Source: a bacterium (lineage in GTDB: Bacteria > RBG-13-61-14 > DATKZS01). From it: a DNA stretch of 64,000 bases. The stretch lies in contig CAXXFL010000003.1 of the NCBI GenBank assembly GCA_963674965.2, positions 256,001 through 320,000 on the forward strand, given 5' to 3'. Each line of letters starts with the position of its first letter. The first letter of the stretch is position 1. Both the position numbers and the translations under genes were made by a program. The notes below the pieces were generated by a model. That model saw nothing but the letters and a program-made list of their open reading frames with translations, was not told where the DNA came from and searched no databases. Below are positions 18,460-27,461 of this stretch, piece by piece.

Positions 18460-19907
18460 TGTACAGACCGGAGACATGGGTAACAGGTGTTCGGAGACAT
18501 GGGTAACAGTTGGTACATTCTTCTGTATGTCAATACAGGAGAAGAAAGATGCCATGGAATGAGGTTACCGAAGTGTCTCAGAGGAAGGATTTTGTTTATT
18601 TAGCGATGCAGCCAGGTTCCAACATAAGCGAGTTATGCCGTCGATTCGGTATCAGTCGCCGCACCGGCTACAAGTGGATCAGCCGTGGGCAAAGCGGTGA
18701 AGAGGACTGGGCATGTGACAGGTCCCGCCGTCCCAGGCGATCTCCCCAGCGTGTTTGCCCGGAGGTCGAGCAGTTGGTGCTTTCGGTTCGCGACGAGCAT
18801 CCGACCTGGGGAGGGCGCAAAATCGAGCGGCGGCTGATCGATCTTGGTCACGACGAAGTGCCAAGGCCGAGCACGATCACGGCGATCCTCGACCGCAACG
18901 GCAGGCTGCGGGACGCCCAGCGCAAGGCTCGCGGTCCCATGAAGCGTTTCGAACGAGAGGCTCCCAACCAGTTGTGGCAGATGGATTTCAAGGGACATTT
19001 TCCGACGGCGGCCGGTTCCTGTCACCCTCTCACCGTGGTGGACGACCACTCCAGGTTCGCGTTGACGGTCACCGCCTGCTCCAACGAACGGGCGGACACC
19101 GTGCGGGCAAGCCTGGCGCCGGTCTTCATGCGCTACGGCCTGCCCAGCCGCATACTTACCGACAACGGATCGAGCTTCTGCGCGCCGAACTCGCGTTACA
19201 ACTACATGAGCGCCTGGCTGATCAGGCTCGGCGTCGGCATCAGCCACGGCCGTCCCTTTCATCCCCAGACCCAGGGCAAGAACGAGCGGTTCAACCGGAC
19301 CCTTAAGGAGGAGGCGATAAGGGGACGCAACTTCGGCGACCTGAACGACTGTCAGAAAGCCTTCGACCGTTTTCGCGACTGCTATAACCATGAACGTCCC
19401 CACGAGGCCCTGGACATGAACACGCCGGCCAGCCGTTACGCGATGAGCCCCTTTGCCTATCCCGAGACTCTGCCCGAAGTCTGGTATCGGGATGATTGGC
19501 CGACTTGCAAGGTGAACCCGGGCGGGGCGGTTAGAATCAAAGGCGAGTTTTATCCGGTGGGGCGGGCCTTCGTTGGTGAAAAGGTCGGCTTGCGAAATAC
19601 ACAAGTGGACGGCGTGATCGAGGTTTATTACTGCCGCCAACGGATCATGGTCGTCGATCTGCGAGACCATAGCTGGAGGCAAACGTGATAAAAGGTTTTC
19701 TCGACCATGAGGACGATAGCATCTCCACGAGGCCCGTCAAGGGTAAATCCCTGCGGGACGGCTGCGCCGCCCTTGACTGGCCACGTGATCGATGCATAGA
19801 TAAACTTAGGTCGAGGAAAAATAGGTCAATAGCAGGAGCGCGAGCAAGCGAGGAAATATGTTACCTATGTGCCCGAACACTTGTGAAGCATGTCTCCGGT
19901 CTGTACA
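18460..19907 (+). mobile_element. IS481-family insertion sequence, complete
   Basis: TGT...ACA ends, perfect 19-bp TIR TGTACAGACCGGAGACATG, repeated subterminal GGAGACATGGGTAACAG motifs, and a 4-bp direct repeat CGAG (18456-18459, 19908-19911). Confidence 0.93.
18549..19688 (+). CDS. IS481-family DDE transposase
   Basis: MPW start, HTH (ISELCRRFGISRRTGYKW), integrase core LWQMDFKG, DDHSRF, LTDNG, PQTQGKNERFNRTLKEE. Confidence 0.96.
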   Translation: MPWNEVTEVSQRKDFVYLAMQPGSNISELCRRFGISRRTGYKWISRGQSGEEDWACDRSRRPRRSPQRVCPEVEQLVLSVRDEHPTWGGRKIERRLIDLGHDEVPRPSTITAILDRNGRLRDAQRKARGPMKRFEREAPNQLWQMDFKGHFPTAAGSCHPLTVVDDHSRFALTVTACSNERADTVRASLAPVFMRYGLPSRILTDNGSSFCAPNSRYNYMSAWLIRLGVGISHGRPFHPQTQGKNERFNRTLKEEAIRGRNFGDLNDCQKAFDRFRDCYNHERPHEALDMNTPASRYAMSPFAYPETLPEVWYRDDWPTCKVNPGGAVRIKGEFYPVGRAFVGEKVGLRNTQVDGVIEVYYCRQRIMVVDLRDHSWRQT

Positions 19908-20181
19908 CGAGCCGCCGCACTCCAAAGCGGGAATTTTGCAAGAGGCTAGTATTAATAAAAATAAGGAAGATAAATAGAGGCGTTGGAATCTCAAGGTTTG
20001 TGATTCATTTTCAATATCCTTTTGTTGAAGAAACGACGTCTCCAATAAAAAGACTAACGTCGTCGTCGAGCTTTATTACTTGAAGGAAATGGACGCCATC
20101 ACTCAAAGTGAAAAGGAAGTCCAATGTAAATTATGCTCCTGAAGGGCTCTGTCCATCCTCTTGATCTCCCGCGGCGCGGGC

Positions 20182-21288
20182 TTATTCGTGTTTCTCCTCG
20201 AGTCGTAAGGTCACGTCGAGCCAGGGGGCCATGGAAGTCGCGGCCAGATCGGCCCCCATTGGAGTGAAATGACATTGGTCGTAAAAGATCGGCTGATCGC
20301 GCGCCTGCTTTATCGCCGGCAATAAATCGAACATGGGCAGTCCCAATTTCGCCGCGATGGTCCTCACGCGTCGCTGGGGCAAATCGTCGCCAACCCTCGA
20401 GTACGCCTGGACCGAGACGGGAAATACCACCACTGACAGGCCGGCCCCGTTTTCCTCGCAGATTTTTTTGAGCCGTCCCATCTCTTTTTCAATGGCCGGC
20501 CAGGAATCGTCTCGCCAGGCGGCCCCGAAGTCGTCGGAGGCCAGCTTGACGATCCGGTCATAGGCCGCTCGGTCGTTCCTCCATTCTCCCTCCTCGAACA
20601 ACCTGCCCCATTCTTCGTTGAGCTTGTAGGTTTTTACAAGCCTTCTCGAAAGCCACCCTTCCCAGGCCCGGTTGAAAACGGCGCTTGTCTTCCTGCCCCG
20701 AGTGACGGTCCCCGCCCAGAAATCGCCAAGGTCGCCGTACTCCTCGGTCAAGATGATCGATCTCACCGAGTCGTTCAGATAAAAACCCAGGAGTACGTGG
20801 TCCGGGTCCGCTTTTTCGACGATCTCCTCCAACAGGCCGGCCTCGTCTTTCAGGCTCATGCCCGGGACCCCGGCGTTTACAACCTCCACCCGCCCCCCGA
20901 GACGGAGGCCGAGGCGGTAAGGAACGGTCTCGTTTTCAGCCAGGCCGGGCCCGAAGACCACCGAGTCGCCGAGAAAGAGGATACGTTGTACTCCCCTTGG
21001 CTTCACGCCGCTTATCCGGGGTCCCCTCAAGCCCAGGGAATTTATCCGCAGCGGGATGGCCGCGCCGTTTAGACGCGCTCTGATTCGAAGATTGGTATCC
21101 GGCTTCATGCGCGGCCCCTCCGGCCCGATCTCCATCCAAGGATGAGTCGAAAGGGTCAGGTCCGCCGGCGAAAGCCCAAAAACGTATCGGGCAAGACACT
21201 CCGCCCCCGCCGCGGCCAGAAAAAACGATACCGTCGCTAAAGCGAGCCTTGTTATCAAGCGGCGCGTTATCGGCGGGGGTAGTTTCAT
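20182..21288 (-). CDS. SGNH/GDSL hydrolase family protein, membrane-anchored
   Basis: N-terminal TM helix; blocks GDS, NAGVPG, GFYLND and DxxH (DQCHF). Confidence 0.85.
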   Translation of the reverse strand: MKLPPPITRRLITRLALATVSFFLAAAGAECLARYVFGLSPADLTLSTHPWMEIGPEGPRMKPDTNLRIRARLNGAAIPLRINSLGLRGPRISGVKPRGVQRILFLGDSVVFGPGLAENETVPYRLGLRLGGRVEVVNAGVPGMSLKDEAGLLEEIVEKADPDHVLLGFYLNDSVRSIILTEEYGDLGDFWAGTVTRGRKTSAVFNRAWEGWLSRRLVKTYKLNEEWGRLFEEGEWRNDRAAYDRIVKLASDDFGAAWRDDSWPAIEKEMGRLKKICEENGAGLSVVVFPVSVQAYSRVGDDLPQRRVRTIAAKLGLPMFDLLPAIKQARDQPIFYDQCHFTPMGADLAATSMAPWLDVTLRLEEKHE

Positions 21289-21370
21289 GAGGTTAGCCTA
21301 TCATCAGTTTCAATAAGGTTAAACTCATTTTATGCGCTGCATTTCGGCGAGGCCCCGTAACGGGAAGCGC

Positions 21371-21420
21371 TCAGCCCGCGGCTGACGCCGCCCACGCATG
21401 GACGCGATGGGCGACCCGGA
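21371..21420 (-). repeat. Palindromic repeat family A copy
   Basis: TCAGCCCGCGGCTGACGCCGCCCACGC..GCGATGGGCGACCCGG resembles the copies at 61938 and 62040. Confidence 0.65.
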
Positions 21421-21531
21421 TCGCGTTTCCTGACGCGCCCGGAATCTTGTTGTAGAGGATTTTTTTGTTGCGTCTTCTCGCGTTTTTTCATAGAATAACT
21501 GGTCTTGAATCGATCGGCGCGGGAGGGAGTA

Positions 21532-22041
21532 TTGGCTAAGAAGAAGGTAATAGCGGCGTATCCGGGGAGTTTCGATCCCCCGACCCTTGGGCACCTTAAC
21601 ATCGTGTCCCGCTCGGCGGCCATTTTCGACGAGGTCATCATCGCGGTGGCCGACAGCACCAGCAAGCGTTACGTGTTCTCCACCGAGGAGCGTCTTGACC
21701 TTTGGAGGAAAATCCTTCCCAAGGGCCTTTCGAACGTCAAGGTCGACTCCTTTAAGAAGAGCCTGCTCGTGGACTACGCCGAGGGAAAGGGCGCCGGCAT
21801 CCTGCTGCGCGGACTTCGCAACACCACCGACTTCGAGTACGAGATAGCCATGGCCCATACCAACCGCCAGATGAAGCCCGCGGTCGAGACCCTGTTCATG
21901 ATGACCGAGGGATGCTATTCGCACTTGTCCTCCAGCCTGATCAAGGAGATCGTCATGCTGGGCGGGTCGGTCAAGGGCATGGTCCCGCCACTGGTCGAGA
22001 AAGAACTGATTAAACGCATCGGACCGAACGCGAAAAAATAA
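21532..22041 (+). CDS. coaD: Phosphopantetheine adenylyltransferase
   Basis: YPGSFDPPTLGH, LRGLR, DFEYE, SSSLIKE; TTG start after GGAGGGAG. Confidence 0.96.
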   Translation: MAKKKVIAAYPGSFDPPTLGHLNIVSRSAAIFDEVIIAVADSTSKRYVFSTEERLDLWRKILPKGLSNVKVDSFKKSLLVDYAEGKGAGILLRGLRNTTDFEYEIAMAHTNRQMKPAVETLFMMTEGCYSHLSSSLIKEIVMLGGSVKGMVPPLVEKELIKRIGPNAKK

Positions 22042-22141
22042 CCCCTCCTCCCGAGGGGAACAAAAAGCATGGTATACTAACGCGCGGCCCCGGCCGAGAA
22101 CAAAGCCGGGAGCGGCAATTTGCGCTTGAAAGGAGAATGAA

Positions 22142-23335
22142 ATGGGATTGGCTGGAAGAGTGAAAAAAATTAAACCCTCGGCCACGCTGGCCGTGACCGC
22201 GGCGGCCAAGGCCATGAGGGCCCAGGGGATAGACGTGATCGGCTTCGGGGCGGGCGAGCCCGACTTCGACACGCCCGACCACATCAAAAAGGCCGCCATC
22301 AAGGCCCTCGAGAGCGGCTTCACCAAGTACACGGTGGCCAGCGGCATAATCGAGCTCAAACAGGCGGTGGTGGACAAGTTCAAGCGCGACAACGGCCTCA
22401 ACTACAAGACCGACCAGGTGATAATAAGCTGCGGCGGCAAGCACTGCCTTTACAACCTGTTCATGGCCGTACTGCAGGGCGGCGACGAGGTGGTCATTCC
22501 CGCGCCCTATTGGGTGAGCTACCCGGACATGGCCCTCCTTTGCGGGGCTCGGCCCGCCTTCGTGCCGGCCATGGCCGACCAGGGCTTCAAGATCACGCCC
22601 TCCCAGCTCGATAAGGCCGTTAACAAGAAGACCAAGCTGGTGGTCATGAACAGCCCCTCCAACCCCACGGGCTCGGCCTATACCAAAAAGGAACTGGCCG
22701 CCCTGGCCGAGGTCCTGGAAAAAAGCGACTGCTACGTGGTGGCCGACGACATCTACGAGTCCATCGTCTACGACGGGTTCAAGTTTTTCTCCTTCGCCTC
22801 CGCGGCCAAGAAGGAACTGCGCGAGAGGTGCGTGGTCATCAACGGCGTGTCCAAGACCTACTCGATGACCGGATGGCGCATCGGCTACGCGGCCGGGCCC
22901 AGGGACGTCATCGGCGCCATGAGCAAAATCCAGGGACAGAGCACCTCCAACCCCACCAGCTTCGCCCAGAGCGGGGCCGTGGCCGCCCTGGCCGGGCCGC
23001 AGGGCTTCCTCAAAAAGATGGTGAAGGAGTTCCAGAAAAGGCGAGACTACGCGGTCAAGACCCTGAACGCCATGCCCGGCGTCACCTGCTACAACCCGCA
23101 GGGCGCCTTCTACGTGCTGCCCGACTTCAGCGCCTATATCGGCAAAAGCTACAAGGGCAAGAAGATCAAAAACGACGTCGAGCTCTGCCAGTACCTGCTC
23201 GAGAAGGTCAAGGTGGCGGCCGTGCCCGGAGACGCCTTCGGCGCGCCCGGCTACATCCGTCTTTCCTACGCCACCAGCATGGACAACGTCAAGGAGGGAT
23301 TGAAGAGGATTAAAGAGGGAATCTCCGAGCTGTAA
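22142..23335 (+). CDS. aspC: Aspartate aminotransferase (class I/II PLP-dependent)
   Basis: GAGEPDFDTP, NSPSNPTG, DDIY, NGVSKTYSMTGWRIGY. Confidence 0.92.
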   Translation: MGLAGRVKKIKPSATLAVTAAAKAMRAQGIDVIGFGAGEPDFDTPDHIKKAAIKALESGFTKYTVASGIIELKQAVVDKFKRDNGLNYKTDQVIISCGGKHCLYNLFMAVLQGGDEVVIPAPYWVSYPDMALLCGARPAFVPAMADQGFKITPSQLDKAVNKKTKLVVMNSPSNPTGSAYTKKELAALAEVLEKSDCYVVADDIYESIVYDGFKFFSFASAAKKELRERCVVINGVSKTYSMTGWRIGYAAGPRDVIGAMSKIQGQSTSNPTSFAQSGAVAALAGPQGFLKKMVKEFQKRRDYAVKTLNAMPGVTCYNPQGAFYVLPDFSAYIGKSYKGKKIKNDVELCQYLLEKVKVAAVPGDAFGAPGYIRLSYATSMDNVKEGLKRIKEGISEL

Positions 23336-23346
23336 ACCTCCCGCCG

Positions 23347-23395
23347 CCAAGGCCCGGAAACCGCCGGGCCTTGCGGGGCGGACCCCCGCCTTTTT
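23347..23395 (+). terminator. Probable intrinsic terminator after aspC
   Basis: Hairpins CAAGGCCCGG/CCGGGCCTTG and GGCGG/CCGCC followed by TTTTT. Confidence 0.55.
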
Positions 23396-23648
23396 GGCCG
23401 CATGGTTTATAAATGAGTTATTCAATCATGCGGCGTTTCTTGGTCAGGATAGTAATGTTCAAGCAATTTCCAGAATTGCGGGTATTTCTCAATCGTTTTC
23501 TTTCTTTCACGCGAACGATGTATGACCTCAAGTGCTTGAACGAAATCTTCTGTTTCGGTATTGCCATATTCCGCGGCTCCTCGCCGATCGATAAACCTCA
23601 TCAAAATCACCTTAAATCCGTCGGATGGTCCGGTGAAATGGGGAGGTA

Positions 23649-23924
23649 CCGGGGTCGCCCACGCATATTGCGTGGGTGAGCGAAGCGAACGGGCTTCAGT
23701 CTCCTCGGCCGAGGGCGCCTGGAGGCGTTTTCCGGCGTGTTCCGGCCGGCGATTGGAGGGGCCCGGTGGCGGGAGAAGATCAGCCCGCGGCTTACGCCCA
23801 GGCTTGAAGGTCGTTGCACAACTTCCAGCCTCCTCATCTCCGGGGTCGCCCACGCATATTGCGTGGGTGAGAGAAGCGAACGGGCTTCAGTCTCCTCGGC
23901 CGAGGGCGCCTGGAGGCGTTTTCC
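23649..23924 (+). repeat. 85-bp direct repeat (23649-23733 and 23840-23924) containing the family A palindrome
   Basis: Two copies differ at one base; core CCCACGCATATTGCGTGGG. Confidence 0.92.
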
Positions 23925-23925
23925 C

Positions 23926-24062
23926 GCGTAAGCCGTTGGATCGTTATGCACGCGCCCGGCGGACCGTCGCCCCTTTCCCGCGCCTTCGGCGCCCAGATAG
24001 CGAAGCTATCCGGTCCACCCGCGAAGCTATCCGGGCCCGCGCGAAGCTATCCGGTCCACCCG
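23926..24062 (+). repeat. Repeat family B copy followed by three tandem GCGAAGCTATCCGG units
   Basis: GCGTAAGCCGTTGGATCGTTAT...CCCCTTTCCCGCGCCTTCGGCGCCCAGATAGCG is shared with 60006-60094 and, inverted, 62092-62156. Tandem units at 24000, 24021 and 24041. Confidence 0.85.
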
Positions 24063-24192
24063 CGGGAGAAGATCAGGCGGGGGCTTTCGCCTTTCCTAAC
24101 AAAATCCTAACGATCGTATTAATTCGTCTTATTTTTTGTTATCATAGGGGTCAGGTAGTTATGAAGTTCGATTTTCCCATGGGTTGGCTGTA

Positions 24193-25815
24193 ATGAACGG
24201 CAACGCAATGATCTTGAGCTTGATGGGCGGGGTTTTGCTCCTTCTTTACGGCGTGAACCTGGCGGGGGAGGGCCTGAAGGGATGGGCCGGCGCCCGGATC
24301 AAGACGGCCCTCGAGACCATGACCAAGAACCGCTTTACCGCCCTCTTGACGGGGATCGGCATTACCTTCGTCCTCCAGTCCAGCTCGGCCTCGACCGTCA
24401 CCGTCATCAGCCTTATCGACGCGGGACTCATGACCTTTACCCAGTCCCTGGCCGTCACGCTGGGGGCGGGCATCGGCGCGACCATTACGGTGCAGCTCAT
24501 CTCTTTTCGGATTTACGACTATTCCCTTTTTATCTGCGGCGTGGGCCTTCTCATCAACTTCATGTCCGACGACGTGAGGAGGAAGAGCGCGGGCAGGGGA
24601 GTTTTCGGTTTCGGACTCATCCTGCTCTCCATCATGCTGTTGTCCGACGTTATCGCGCCTTTAAAGGAAAACGAGCTGTTTCAGACCAACCTCCGGGCCG
24701 TGGGCGACAACCCCTTCCTGGGCATCATCGTGTCTTTGGTCCTGACGGCCATCATCCAATCGAGCGCGGCGACGATCGGTCTTGCCATCACCTTCGCCAT
24801 CACGGGCATGATGGACCTTAACGCGGCCGTTCCCATCGTGCTGGGCGCGAACATCGGCACCTGCGCCACGGGTCTTATCTCGGCGGCCAAGAGCGGGACC
24901 GAGGCGAAGAGGGCGGCCATTGCCCACGCCCTATTCAGGATCATCGGGGTGGTCCTTTTCCTTCCCTTCATCGGGGTCTTCTCGGACCTGATGGCCCGCA
25001 CCGGCGGGGACGTTGCCCGGCAGATCGCCAACGCCCACACGGTTTTCAACGGCGTGGTGGCGGTAGTGCTTCTTCCGTTCATCGGGTACATCGGGAAGCT
25101 GGTCGAGATGTGGGTGCCGGACAAGACGGGCGAGAGCGAGGAGTTCAAGCCCAAGTACCTTAACCCCTCGATGCTGCAGACCCCGGCCCTGGCCCTGGCC
25201 CAGGCTAAACGGGAGTCCCTTCGCATGGCCGAGATCGTGCAGGACATGTACAAGCTGACCCTGCCCGCCATCATGCAATGCGACGAGAAGCTCATCGAGC
25301 GCGTCGAGTCCATGGACGACGAGGTGGACATTCTCGACGATTCCATCCGCCGATACCTCACCCAGCTCGCCAAGGAGCAGCTCGGGTCGGACGAGGCCCG
25401 GACCCAGATGGACGTTCTGGTTTTCATTTCCAACATGGAGACCATAGGCGACGTTATCGACACGAACCTTATGGAACTGGCCAGGAAAAAGTCCAAGAAG
25501 TGCGTGCAGTTCTCGAGGGAGGGCCAGCGCGATATCGAGGACCTTTACGGACGGGTGCTCGAGAACCTCGAGCTGGCCATCTCCGCCGTGACCACGGGCG
25601 AGCGGGCCCTGGCCGAGAGGGTCCAGAAAAACGACTCGAGGATCAAGGAACTCGAGCGCGAGTACAACCGCCGCCACATCGAGAGGCTCGAGAGCGGGCT
25701 TTCCGAGTCCCTCGAGACGAGCTCGATCCACCTGGACGTTTTGACCAACTTCGTAAGAGTAAACAACCACGTCACCAACATCGTCTATTCCATGCTCGGC
25801 TCGTCGCTGTTTTAA
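24193..25815 (+). CDS. Na+/Pi cotransporter family protein with C-terminal PhoU-like domains
   Basis: Two QSSS-type repeats (LQSSSAST, IQSSAAT), GANIGT, AHTVFN and a helical PhoU-like tail. Confidence 0.92.
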   Translation: MNGNAMILSLMGGVLLLLYGVNLAGEGLKGWAGARIKTALETMTKNRFTALLTGIGITFVLQSSSASTVTVISLIDAGLMTFTQSLAVTLGAGIGATITVQLISFRIYDYSLFICGVGLLINFMSDDVRRKSAGRGVFGFGLILLSIMLLSDVIAPLKENELFQTNLRAVGDNPFLGIIVSLVLTAIIQSSAATIGLAITFAITGMMDLNAAVPIVLGANIGTCATGLISAAKSGTEAKRAAIAHALFRIIGVVLFLPFIGVFSDLMARTGGDVARQIANAHTVFNGVVAVVLLPFIGYIGKLVEMWVPDKTGESEEFKPKYLNPSMLQTPALALAQAKRESLRMAEIVQDMYKLTLPAIMQCDEKLIERVESMDDEVDILDDSIRRYLTQLAKEQLGSDEARTQMDVLVFISNMETIGDVIDTNLMELARKKSKKCVQFSREGQRDIEDLYGRVLENLELAISAVTTGERALAERVQKNDSRIKELEREYNRRHIERLESGLSESLETSSIHLDVLTNFVRVNNHVTNIVYSMLGSSLF

Positions 25816-25888
25816 TTGCAAGTCATGTCGAATGGGGCTTTCCCCGGCTTCTATCTGGCCGATAACTTTGGGTTTGTAAATTATTGTC

Positions 25889-25916
25889 TTGCCATTTGGG
25901 TCCGAGCCGTGATAAT
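25889..25916 (+). promoter_or_regulatory. Possible sigma70 promoter for dnaB
   Basis: TTGCCA, 16 bp, GATAAT. Confidence 0.35.
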
Positions 25917-25989
25917 CTTACACAATTTAACCGATTATGGAGCCGCTTCCAGAGAAGCGGAAATAGCGTTAGGTTTAAAGAGGTTATAG

Positions 25990-27378
25990 ATGTCAGACGA
26001 GCGTTCCCTGGATAAGGCCCCACCCAGCCGCGTCGAGGCGGAACTGGCCGTGCTTTCGGCGGTCCTCCTCGATAACCAGGCGCTTATCACGGTCATGGAA
26101 ATGCTCGAGCCCGACGACTTCTACGTGGGTACGCACCGGGTCATCTTCACGGCCATGCGCGAGATGTCGGACAAGGCCATGCCCGTGGACATCCTGACCC
26201 TGACCGACCACCTCAAGGCCACGGGAAGGCTCGAGACGGTGGGCGGCTTCTCGGCCGTCACCGAAATTTCCGGCCGGGTCTCGACGGCGGCCAACGTGAG
26301 CTACTGGGCCCGGATCGTCAAAGACAAGGCCCTGCTCAGGAATTTTATCAGCGAGACGACCGCCCTCATAACCGAGGCTTACGGCGAGCCCGAGGAGGTC
26401 GAGGAATTTCTCGACCGGGCCGAGGGCAAGATCATGGAAATCTCGAGCAACCAGACCGTCACCACTTACGCCCCGATAAACCAGGTGGTTACGGACACTT
26501 TCAAGATAATCGAGGAACTGGACAAAAGAAAAGGGGCCGTCTCCGGCATCGGGACCGGCTTCGCGGACCTGGATAAAATGACCTCGGGCTTCCAAAGGGG
26601 AGACCTGATTATCCTGGCCGGCCGTCCCTCGATGGGCAAGACGGCCCTGGCCCTTAACTTCATGCGCAACGCCGCGGTGAACGACGAGGCCAAGGTCGCC
26701 TTTTTCTCCCTCGAGATGGCCGCCACCCAACTGGTGATGAGGATGATATGCTCCGAGGCCATGATCCCCTTCGACCGCCTCAGGCTGGGCAGCCTGCCCG
26801 AGAAGTTCTGGATCAAGCTGACCAACGCGGCCAACACCCTCTCCCGAGCGGGCGTCTACATCGAGGACAGCGCCAATTTGAGCGTGCTCGAGTTGAAGGC
26901 CAAGGCGAGAAGGATTAAGATCGAGTTCGGCCTGGACATGGTGGTGGTGGATTACCTCCAGCTCGTTCGAGGCACGGGCTCGAAAAAAAGCCAGGGCAGC
27001 AGGGAACAGGAAATCGCGGAGATATCCCGCTCCCTAAAGGGCATGGCCAAGGAGCTCGAGATACCGGTCCTGGCCCTCAGCCAGCTCAACCGGGCCCCCG
27101 AGCAAAGGGAAAGCGGCGAGCCCAAGCTCTCGGACCTTCGCGAGTCGGGCTCCCTCGAGCAGGACGCCGACCTGGTCATGCTTATACATCGGCCGGGAGC
27201 TTATAAAAAGAAAAAAGAAGAAGAGGAAGTAGAACAGGAAGACAACCGGACCGTTCTTAAGATCGAGAAACAAAGAAACGGGCCCACCGGTCCCATCGAC
27301 CTGGTATTCCTTAAAAAATACACCAAGTTCGAGCCGTACGAGGGAAGGTACGACTCCGCTTATATGCCTGAAAATTAA
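25990..27378 (+). CDS. dnaB: Replicative DNA helicase
   Basis: AGRPSMGKT, FFSLEM, VDYLQL, LSQLNR, SDLRESGSLEQDAD, KQRNGPTG; no intein. Confidence 0.98.
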   Translation: MSDERSLDKAPPSRVEAELAVLSAVLLDNQALITVMEMLEPDDFYVGTHRVIFTAMREMSDKAMPVDILTLTDHLKATGRLETVGGFSAVTEISGRVSTAANVSYWARIVKDKALLRNFISETTALITEAYGEPEEVEEFLDRAEGKIMEISSNQTVTTYAPINQVVTDTFKIIEELDKRKGAVSGIGTGFADLDKMTSGFQRGDLIILAGRPSMGKTALALNFMRNAAVNDEAKVAFFSLEMAATQLVMRMICSEAMIPFDRLRLGSLPEKFWIKLTNAANTLSRAGVYIEDSANLSVLELKAKARRIKIEFGLDMVVVDYLQLVRGTGSKKSQGSREQEIAEISRSLKGMAKELEIPVLALSQLNRAPEQRESGEPKLSDLRESGSLEQDADLVMLIHRPGAYKKKKEEEEVEQEDNRTVLKIEKQRNGPTGPIDLVFLKKYTKFEPYEGRYDSAYMPEN

Positions 27379-27461
27379 AATGTTTTACTGGGATCGAAAC
27401 AATAGCTCGAATGATTTTGTCAAAGCCCTTTAATTCCAATCGAACGTTACAAGGGGGAAAC

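Larger units (their letters stand above)
18311..19948. mobile_element. Putative MITE (186 bp without the IS) carrying REP-like hairpins and interrupted by IS481
   Basis: 15-bp imperfect TIR GAGCTTCTTGCAAAA / TTTTGCAAGAGGCTA and a 5-bp direct repeat GTATT at 18306-18310 and 19949-19953. Confidence 0.55.

Noticed and set aside
19685-20160. ORFs 19685-20083 and 19806-20045
   Set aside because: They span the IS and MITE right ends and adjacent AT-rich DNA; no motif or convincing RBS.
23418-23567. Ribosomal protein L32 (MAIPK start, basic)
   Set aside because: Only the first few residues resemble L32; the KxRxRR segment and zinc-ribbon/HR motifs are missing.
23649-24062. Direct repeats as a CRISPR array or integron attC array
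   Set aside because: Units are 85 bp (two copies) or 14 bp with 6-7 bp gaps; there are no regular unique spacers, cas genes, integrase or RYYYAAC/GTTRRRY ends.
25990-27378. Intein in DnaB
   Set aside because: Normal length of 462 aa with contiguous helicase motifs.
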